Below, one piece after another: positions 48,116 through 55,097 of a stretch of 64,000 nt of DNA; positions within the stretch are counted from its first letter, which is position 1; the number at the start of each line of letters is the position of its first letter. The notes beneath the pieces were generated by a model. The model saw only the letters and a list, made by a program, of their open reading frames with translations, was not told where the DNA came from and did no database searches. A program made the position numbers and the translations under genes. This DNA comes from Flavobacterium sp. (GTDB taxonomy: Bacteria > Bacteroidota > Bacteroidia > Flavobacteriales > Flavobacteriaceae), in NCBI GenBank assembly GCA_035387925.1, contig DAOOOV010000013.1, positions 182 to 64,181 of the forward strand, written 5' to 3'.

Positions 48116-50623
48116 TTAAAACTGCAAACGCAGCCCCAAATTAGGGCTAAAGCCGAGTGCATAAGTGTCCACGCTTTCAATCGTATTGCGTTGTAGGTTC
48201 ACGCGATAATACCGATTCACCTGATTGTCCTGGTCTAAAAGATTCCATAGGGAAAGGCTTGTGGTCAGGGCTGTGTTCGCGTTGAAACTCCAGGACCGCG
48301 AGGCCGAAAAATTGACCTGGAAAAAATCGTTGAGCCGCGCCGAATTGGCCTCGGTATAAGATATCTTCGGGCTCGCCGGATTGACCGGATCCACAATAAT
48401 TCCTGCAGGCGGCGTATAAAGCCTGCCCGTATGCCATTTGGCGCCGAGCGCGAGTTTGAGTTTGCCGGATTCATAAGTTCCGGCCCAACCAACCGCATGC
48501 GAGATGGTGGTATTGTTAGGGAACTCGGCGGGCGAAAGGCGATCGAATCGGTACTGGTTGTTATTGAACGCGTAGGAGATCCAGGTGTAAAATTTCGGGA
48601 AACTTTTCTGCAGTAGCACTTCTGTGCCCCAAATACGGTAGTCGCCGGTTAATTCTGCGAACTCATATTGATTTTGAAAACCTTGGCTTTTGCTCGAAAT
48701 TCCTTGGTTTTTTTTATAGAAATTGTCCACAGAGAGCAACCAGCGGTTATTCGAATAAGATACACCAAATGAGAGTTGCCCGCTTTTCTGTAGCGGAATG
48801 TCGCCACCATTGGCCAAAGCCCAACGTCTTTTTTCGATACCCAAAAAGTCCTGCTGCAATTCAATGACTTGCGAGAGCGATTGGCTTTTGGCTTCGGCGA
48901 GCAGTGAAAGTGTCCAGTGTTGGGTTATTTTTTGGCTTACAGACAGCCGCGGCTCTAGCCTAAATCGTTTGATTTTTTCAAAATAATTGCCGCGCAGTCC
49001 TAATTGGAGTTGCGTTTTTTCATCGCAGCTTTTGTACTGGCTTTCGGCGACAACGGCATGCGTACGCGATAGTTGACGGTCAATGCTAGACAACGTAGGA
49101 TTGTCTATTTGACTCATGTCCTTAATCTGGATTTCATCCAATTGGTAGCCGATTGCCAACGAATATTTTTGACCCAGGACAAAACCCTCGCGAAGCTTAA
49201 ATCCTTGGTTAAAAACACGGTTTTGCTGCCTGGTTTTACGGGTATTACCAGCTTGGTTTTCAGCGTCGAGCTCGTACCACGAAAAGTAGGCCTGTAATTG
49301 GGTCTGATGGCGCTGGTTCCATTGCGATTGCCAATGCAGGCTGGAACCAAAGTTCTTTTGGGAGAGGTAACTGTTTTTTTCTAAAAATCCGCTCTGCTGG
49401 ATGAAATCTACCTGGTTCTCTAAGCCGATGCCATCAATGATGAGTTCATGTTTTTCGCCGATTTTCTGGTGGTATTGCAGCGAAAAATCATAAAAGTAAA
49501 AATCCCGGTTGGCTCCCACGGGCACAGTTTGGTCTTCATTGAGATCGGTTACGATATTGCTGCCGAAAACCCGATTTTCATATGCCTTGAATGCAGGGGT
49601 CTTGACGATGTCGGTGAAGGTACGCCGACCCGCAGCCTGTAGCGTAGAACGGTTGGAGAGCTTCACCTTTGAAAAGAAATTCGCGCTGATCATGTCTACC
49701 GCTACCGCATTGTAACAACTGTCTATCGATTGGGTATGCGACGACAGGTCTACGAGTGATGACACGCTTTCGCCGAAGAACGCCGAACTCCCGTTCTTAG
49801 AAATCCTGATTTTCGTGGTGACCATGGGGTTGAACGCAGAAATCAATCCAAAGAAATGGCTCGTCTGGAACATTCGGATGCCATTCCATAAAAAAAGGTT
49901 TTGATCGTGCGTGCCGCCGCGTACGTTGAGGTTCGACACCGTTTCGTCGATGCTCACCACGCCGGGTAATTGGTGCATGGTCTGGAGCACATCTGGCTCG
50001 GTCAAACCAGGCAATATACCAAATTTCCCTGGTTTTACTGTGACGGTTCCCGACGGACTTTTGCTGATCCCACTAGCCAGGTAGCGTTGCGTCTCGATGG
50101 TGGTGAGCTGTTGCGCAATCACTTTGAGCGCAATCTGAGGGCATTCGGGCACATACAAATCCTGCGGACTCAGTATTTTTGGCGTGTATCCTTGGTGCCG
50201 GATGCTGATGGTATTGGGTGTGAGTACCGGCAATTCAAAATAACCATTGGTGTTGGAGGCGGTTGTGATACCCAACGATGCAATGCTAATCGCGGCATGT
50301 TCAATCGGCGCACCCGTTTCGGCGTCGATGAGGTAGCCACACAAGGGCTTGTCCATTTTTTTGTCGTTGTAGACCGAGTAGTACTGCTGCGAGATTGCGG
50401 CAATCTTGAGGCGGGTGTTTTTTTGGATATACTCTAGTTTTTCCTGTAGGCCAAGTGTCGGTGCAGGCGGTAGCAATCGGTAAACGGCCAACTCTTCATC
50501 GATATAGCTAAAGCGCACGCCATGCTGCTGCGCCATCCCGCCTAGGATACTTTTTAACGGCTGGGTTTGCTGCGCCTGGCACAACAGAGAAAAAAGCAGC
50601 AATATGTACAGAAAATAGCGCAC
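48116..50623 (-). CDS. TonB-dependent receptor with STN-like and carboxypeptidase-regulatory-like N-terminal domains
   Basis: HGVRFSYIDE (STN-like), LCGYLIDAETGAPIEHA..NTNGYF, plug LPGV...VRGGTHDQNLFLWNG, C-terminal GFSPNLGLRLQF. Confidence 0.9.
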   Translation of the reverse strand: MRYFLYILLLFSLLCQAQQTQPLKSILGGMAQQHGVRFSYIDEELAVYRLLPPAPTLGLQEKLEYIQKNTRLKIAAISQQYYSVYNDKKMDKPLCGYLIDAETGAPIEHAAISIASLGITTASNTNGYFELPVLTPNTISIRHQGYTPKILSPQDLYVPECPQIALKVIAQQLTTIETQRYLASGISKSPSGTVTVKPGKFGILPGLTEPDVLQTMHQLPGVVSIDETVSNLNVRGGTHDQNLFLWNGIRMFQTSHFFGLISAFNPMVTTKIRISKNGSSAFFGESVSSLVDLSSHTQSIDSCYNAVAVDMISANFFSKVKLSNRSTLQAAGRRTFTDIVKTPAFKAYENRVFGSNIVTDLNEDQTVPVGANRDFYFYDFSLQYHQKIGEKHELIIDGIGLENQVDFIQQSGFLEKNSYLSQKNFGSSLHWQSQWNQRHQTQLQAYFSWYELDAENQAGNTRKTRQQNRVFNQGFKLREGFVLGQKYSLAIGYQLDEIQIKDMSQIDNPTLSSIDRQLSRTHAVVAESQYKSCDEKTQLQLGLRGNYFEKIKRFRLEPRLSVSQKITQHWTLSLLAEAKSQSLSQVIELQQDFLGIEKRRWALANGGDIPLQKSGQLSFGVSYSNNRWLLSVDNFYKKNQGISSKSQGFQNQYEFAELTGDYRIWGTEVLLQKSFPKFYTWISYAFNNNQYRFDRLSPAEFPNNTTISHAVGWAGTYESGKLKLALGAKWHTGRLYTPPAGIIVDPVNPASPKISYTEANSARLNDFFQVNFSASRSWSFNANTALTTSLSLWNLLDQDNQVNRYYRVNLQRNTIESVDTYALGFSPNLGLRLQF

Positions 50624-50625
50624 CC

Positions 50626-51528
50626 TTATGGCAACGGATTAAGGCTAATGGTATTTCCCGATTGTTTCAAATCGAGGTGGTAGGTGACCGCAATAATTTT
50701 GAGCGCCGCATCCAGGTCATTGCCCGGAATCGAGCCAGAAAACAATTGTTGGGTTTGCAACGCACTGTCAATAGAAACGTCATATTGCCTCTCCAATTCG
50801 GCGAGGACGGCGGTAAAAGAGGCGTTTTCAAAAAGCAGTTCGTAGCGCGTCCATTCGGGTGCGATGGCTTTTGTAGTAGCTAAAATCCTGTCGGATTCGT
50901 TAATGACGATGCGTTGTCCAGGAAGAATTATTTGTTGCGTCGTTGCTGAGGCTACGCTGACTTTGCCTTCGTAACAGGTTACTTCAAAACGGTTGTCCCT
51001 GGCCTTGACGTTGAATTGGGTGCCCAGCACCGTGACCGAGCCCAGGTTGGTTTCGACCGTGAATTTTTGCCCTTTGGCTACCTTGAAATAGGCTTCACCT
51101 TGAAGTGAAACCTCGCGGTTGCTACTCCAGTCCCAGGATTTGAAACTTGCCTGCGAACCGGCATTGAGCAAGACCTGCGATTGGTCGGGTAACGAGAAGG
51201 CATACATTTCTCCATTGCCGGCGGCATGCCTGGTGGGCTGTAAAAGATAAAAGCCGATCCCAAGCAATACTACAATCATTGCGGCAGCAGCAATCCATGT
51301 TTTGCGGTAGAACGGGATGACTTTGACCGGCGCGATTTTTTCGTGGGCGATAACGTGCGCCAGTATAGCATCATCGGCGGTGCGAGGCGACTGCAGTTTT
51401 TCAAAGTTTTGTTTCATTCGCAGCAACGTTGGGTATTCGGGACTGCGCTCGAGTTGCTGCAGTTCGGCCGCACTCAGGCTTTGGTCGAGCCAGCGGGCCA
51501 AAAACGTATCGTCTTTATAATTATCCAT
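50626..51528 (-). CDS. FecR family anti-sigma/sensor
   Basis: DDTFLARWL, single TM, LPDQSQVLLNAGS, LQGEAYFKV, VLGTQFNV; ATG at 51528. Confidence 0.92.
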   Translation of the reverse strand: MDNYKDDTFLARWLDQSLSAAELQQLERSPEYPTLLRMKQNFEKLQSPRTADDAILAHVIAHEKIAPVKVIPFYRKTWIAAAAMIVVLLGIGFYLLQPTRHAAGNGEMYAFSLPDQSQVLLNAGSQASFKSWDWSSNREVSLQGEAYFKVAKGQKFTVETNLGSVTVLGTQFNVKARDNRFEVTCYEGKVSVASATTQQIILPGQRIVINESDRILATTKAIAPEWTRYELLFENASFTAVLAELERQYDVSIDSALQTQQLFSGSIPGNDLDAALKIIAVTYHLDLKQSGNTISLNPLP

Positions 51529-51572
51529 GGGGATCGTTGATTTCTTAAAGGACAAAATGATTTGTATTTACC

Positions 51573-52088
51573 CTACCTAAAGTGGTCTATTTGTTCGCGC
51601 ATCGATAGCAAGGCACCGTGGATACGCTTTTCTACTGCTTTTTGGCTAATGCCAAGCATTTCGGCAATCTCGCGGTATTTCTTGCCTTCGATGCGGTTGA
51701 GTAACAAAGCGGTGCGTTGCGCCTGGGTGAGGCTGGCGATGGCTTTGTCGAATTTATCGCGAAACTCGGTTTCTTCCATAAGGTATTCGGGGCTGGCGTA
51801 ATCGGTGGTGTCGTTGGGTTTGCTGTCGCGGTATTTCAATTCGACTTTTTGGTAGGCCAGCTCGTTGAGGCTGGCGTTGTTGGCCACGCGGTAGAGAAAT
51901 GATTTGGGGAACCGCACTTCGGCACAATGTTGCCAGAGTTTGATAAAGGCATCCTGCGCGATATCATCTGCGAGATTGTCGCTCCCAAATTTAAAGTACA
52001 GGTAATTGCGCAGCGAATAGAAATTTTTTTTAAAAAACTGCGTAAAAACAATTTCGGTGCAAATGCCTTGTTTTTCAGGCTCTTCCAT
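51573..52088 (-). CDS. ECF RNA polymerase sigma factor (paralogue of 29377)
   Basis: ADDIAQDAFIKLWQHC and LTQAQRTALLLNRIEGKKYREIAEMLGISQKAVEKRIH. Confidence 0.93.
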   Translation of the reverse strand: MEEPEKQGICTEIVFTQFFKKNFYSLRNYLYFKFGSDNLADDIAQDAFIKLWQHCAEVRFPKSFLYRVANNASLNELAYQKVELKYRDSKPNDTTDYASPEYLMEETEFRDKFDKAIASLTQAQRTALLLNRIEGKKYREIAEMLGISQKAVEKRIHGALLSMREQIDHFR

Positions 52089-52139
52089 GAGTTGTTCTGT
52101 TTTATCTGTTGGTGAAATTACTAAAAAGTTAATTTTCTG

Positions 52140-52167
52140 GGTAGGGTAGATGATAAAAACTTTGTCC
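52140..52167 (+). promoter_or_regulatory. Putative ECF-sigma promoter
   Basis: AGGGT-N14-TTGTC, same geometry as 27793-27820. Confidence 0.55.
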
Positions 52168-52229
52168 TATCAGCAAAGTTTAACCAAGCACTCTTTTCAA
52201 AGCGTTTAAAACGTCTTAAAAATTATAGC

Positions 52230-52349
52230 ATGATGATCTGGAAATCCAACAATACGCGCACGCCAAAGTACTATTGCCTGCAGGCGGTTATTTGGTTGTT
52301 TATTGTGGTGCTGGTGTGGCTTATCGACAAGCGATTCGAAATTATTTAA
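52230..52349 (+). CDS. Candidate 39-aa single-TM small protein (not in the ORF track)
   Basis: MMIWKSNNTRTPKYYCLQAVIWLFIVVLVWLIDKRFEII; A/T-rich initiation context; lies between the putative ECF promoter and the lipoprotein gene. Confidence 0.35.
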   Translation: MMIWKSNNTRTPKYYCLQAVIWLFIVVLVWLIDKRFEII

Positions 52350-52372
52350 TATAAATCTTTAATAACTTAACT

Positions 52373-52846
52373 ATGAAAACCTTCAAAATCTTACCTGTCC
52401 TCGCTGCTTTGTTTTTGCTTTCGGCTTCTTGCCAATCAGATGACAGCAACAACTCGCCGACTTTTCCGCAAAACTTACAGGCCATCAACAATGTAAACCA
52501 ATCGGTACAGCAGGGTGCGTGGCGCATTACTTATTATTTTGATACCGACAGCGATGAGACCTCACGCTACACCAATTACACTTTTACATTTGGTTCGGGC
52601 AATGTGCTTACCGCGAGCAATGGCACCAATACTTACACGGGCACTTGGCTGGTCACCAACAGCAACAGCAATGACGACAATCCGCAAAGCGACCTCGATT
52701 TCAATATCGCTTTCTCAAGTCCGGCAAACTTTCAGGATCTTACCGATGACTGGGATATTGTAAGTTACACCGCGACGCGCATCGAACTTATCGACATCAG
52801 CGGCGGTAATGGCGGGACCGACCATCTGGTTTTTGAAAAAAATTAA
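52373..52846 (+). CDS. Hypothetical lipoprotein (lipocalin-like beta-barrel predicted)
   Basis: Lipobox LSASC followed by QSDDS; GAWRITYY, YTFTFG, LTDDWDIV, LVFEK pattern. Confidence 0.78.
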   Translation: MKTFKILPVLAALFLLSASCQSDDSNNSPTFPQNLQAINNVNQSVQQGAWRITYYFDTDSDETSRYTNYTFTFGSGNVLTASNGTNTYTGTWLVTNSNSNDDNPQSDLDFNIAFSSPANFQDLTDDWDIVSYTATRIELIDISGGNGGTDHLVFEKN

Positions 52847-52873
52847 ACCTGCCGCAAGAGTTGTCCCATATCG

Positions 52874-52900
52874 AAGAGGCGATAACACGCCTCTTTTTTT
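52874..52900 (+). terminator. Terminator
   Basis: AAGAGGCG-ataaca-CGCCTCTT followed by a T-run. Confidence 0.8.
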
Positions 52901-53005
52901 GTACCCAAAAGTCAAGGATTATTTCAGAAACTTTACCTGAAATTGTATAAGGCGTAAAACCGATGTAGATGGTAAATTTACCCTAAACAATTAATTCTAA
53001 AGGCG

Positions 53006-53350
53006 ATGCAAACCAATCAAGATCCCAACCAAAATCCCAGCGTTCACAAAAGTGAAAGCGAGGCAAAAACCAATGCCTTACATGAACACGAACCTACCAT
53101 TAATGGAGCCGATCCCGCCGAAGAATGGGTCTAATCGCATAATCCCATCAACGTTGGCCAAAACAGCTACAATGATTATTTGGGCGATGAAAACCGCGAC
53201 AGTAGCCACGATTTATCGATTGACCTTTCAAACGACAATCGATACCGCGATGATTTGGCCAAAGAGAAGGCAGATAAAGAACCCGCCATTGAACTGGGTC
53301 TTGTAAACCCGGACCACGACGATTTCGAACCCAAAAGAACAGGTAAATAA
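53006..53350 (+). pseudogene. Acidic hydrophilic small-protein gene interrupted by an in-frame TAA (53132-53134)
   Basis: The frame reads MQTNQDPNQNP...AEEWV*SHNPINVGQNSYNDYLGDE...DFEPKRTGK* with the same composition on both sides, and ends at a terminator. Confidence 0.5.
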
Positions 53351-53388
53351 AAACGGGTTGAGGCCGAAAAGCTTCAACCCATTTTTTT
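53351..53388. terminator. Bidirectional terminator
   Basis: AAAACGGGTTGAGGC-cgaaaa-GCTTCAACCCATTTTTT. Confidence 0.75.
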
Positions 53389-54216
53389 AGCGTGGATCGC
53401 CATTACGGGGACTGTGGCATGGAAAGCCAATTGCCGGGACAGGCTAAAGAAAAACAGCTTCTCAAAAAAGTTCTTTTCATGTACCGCCAATGCGATAAGG
53501 TTGTTGTGGTGCGAATCTGCAAAGTCTAATGCCATTTCTTCTACGGCATTGGTGGCAAACATATGAAAGCTGATGTCGGCGCCGGCAAATTCCTCGCTCC
53601 ATTCCTTGATGATGCGCGACTCGCTGCGATCGGGCGCGTCTTTGATTTGTAGTACATCGATGTGGGCTTTCAACGCTTCGGCAAAAGGTAACAGTTGTCG
53701 TAGGATTTTGAGGTAAGGTTTCTCGTATTTTACGAGCAGCAACAAGTTGACTACCGCAGGTAAACTCGCCGACGCCGGAATCGCCAAAACCATCCCCGAC
53801 GCCCTGTTGATGACTTGCTCGGCCACGGTTCCTACGAATACCGCTTTGAGTCCGGTGGCGCCTTTGGTTCCCATTACGATACAATCGATATTTTCTGAAG
53901 CCTCGACTTCTAGTATTTTCTCGACCACATTACCGCGCTCCAGCACATGCGAAAGATTGACTTCGGTGGCGAGGTGTTTTTCTGCGAGTTGCTTGAGTTT
54001 GGGGACTTCGCTTTTATAATTTTCAAATTCCCCCCACTCGGCGATGTTATAATTTTGGGCCAGGAAAGGTGCGTATTCTGAATAGGGCATCACGTCTTCT
54101 GGATACACGTGTAATGTAATAATTTCTGCCCCGAGTTTTTTGGCCAGTTGCAAAGCGTACCCAAATGCGTGGAGTGAATTTTCAGAAAAATCGGTTGGAA
54201 AGAGTATTTTTTTCAT
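53374..54216 (-). CDS. Universal stress protein (tandem USP)
   Basis: MKKILFPTDFSENS, IVMGTKGATG...VGTVAEQVI. Confidence 0.93.
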   Translation of the reverse strand: MKKILFPTDFSENSLHAFGYALQLAKKLGAEIITLHVYPEDVMPYSEYAPFLAQNYNIAEWGEFENYKSEVPKLKQLAEKHLATEVNLSHVLERGNVVEKILEVEASENIDCIVMGTKGATGLKAVFVGTVAEQVINRASGMVLAIPASASLPAVVNLLLLVKYEKPYLKILRQLLPFAEALKAHIDVLQIKDAPDRSESRIIKEWSEEFAGADISFHMFATNAVEEMALDFADSHHNNLIALAVHEKNFFEKLFFFSLSRQLAFHATVPVMAIHAKKMG

Positions 54217-54273
54217 GACTCAAACAGGTTATAATTTGAATCACAAAGCTAGGTTTGGCAGCGGCTAAAAACT

Positions 54274-54287
54274 ATGATATTTATCAG
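54274..54287. promoter_or_regulatory. FNR-like box upstream of usp
   Basis: ATGAT-ATTT-ATCAG, 22 bp from TAGCTTTG (minus strand, 54244-54251). Confidence 0.7.
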
Positions 54288-54309
54288 GAATACAACGCAA
54301 TAACTTGAG

Positions 54310-54990
54310 TTAATCGCTCATCCTGGCGAGCTTGCCACGGTCTTTGATGATGATTTTTTTACCGTTGAGCTCTATGAGCCCCGATTTATTGAAATCAGAC
54401 AACAACCTAATGCAACTTTCTGTAGCCGTACCAATCATACTGGCAATCTCTTCACGTGAGAGTTGTAACTTTAGGGTTTTGTCTGTGTTGGCGCCAAATT
54501 CATCCTCGAGGTACAACAGCGTGTGGGCCAGCCTTTCCTTGACGGTTTTTTGGGCCATATCTACCATGAAGTTATCGGCTTCGCGCAAATCGCCGCAGAT
54601 GGTTTTCATGACATTCATTGAGAAACGGTTGTTTTCATTGAAAAAAGCGAGCATCTCACTTTTGGGGATAAAGCAAACCTGCATGTCCTCGAGCGCTATG
54701 GCACTAAGGTTGGCCGGTTCATCGCTGATCATAGACCGTTGGCCCAACAGTTCGCCTTTCTTGACCAGATGCACGATTTGGTCGCGGCCGTTAGAGCTGA
54801 GTTTGGTCATTTTACACACACCGTCTTTCACACAGAAAACCCCGTTGATGTTCTCGCCTTCGGTAAAAATCGTTTCGCCTTTGCGCACAATCCGCGAGGT
54901 TTTGCAATTGGCCATCCTGACCAACTCTTCTTTGCTTAACGCTTTTAGTGAACTGAGTTCGAGTACCATACATTGCTCACATTTACTCAT
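54310..54990 (-). CDS. fnr: Crp/Fnr family regulator, FNR-like with N-terminal Cys
   Basis: MSKCEQC, ALEDMQVCFIP, HTH SREEIASMIGTATESCIR; ATG at 54990; divergent from the cco locus. Confidence 0.8.
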   Translation of the reverse strand: MSKCEQCMVLELSSLKALSKEELVRMANCKTSRIVRKGETIFTEGENINGVFCVKDGVCKMTKLSSNGRDQIVHLVKKGELLGQRSMISDEPANLSAIALEDMQVCFIPKSEMLAFFNENNRFSMNVMKTICGDLREADNFMVDMAQKTVKERLAHTLLYLEDEFGANTDKTLKLQLSREEIASMIGTATESCIRLLSDFNKSGLIELNGKKIIIKDRGKLARMSD

Positions 54991-55031
54991 AATTAAAAAG
55001 GAATTTAGCTGCGACAAATGTACGTTTTTAC

Positions 55032-55045
55032 ATGACATATATCAT
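55032..55045. promoter_or_regulatory. FNR-like box between fnr and ccoI
   Basis: ATGAC-ATAT-ATCAT, 22 bp from CAATTTTG (55068) and 9 bp from the fnr -7 box (55015-55022). Confidence 0.7.
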
Positions 55046-55097
55046 ATTTTATCAATGAATGTTGCCGCAATTTTGCTTCAGGTAAAATGAGCAGATT

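Noticed and set aside
53052-53306. Track ORF of 84 aa
   Set aside because: Poor initiation context; the overlapping frame 53006-53350 has a better start, coherent composition and ends at the terminator.
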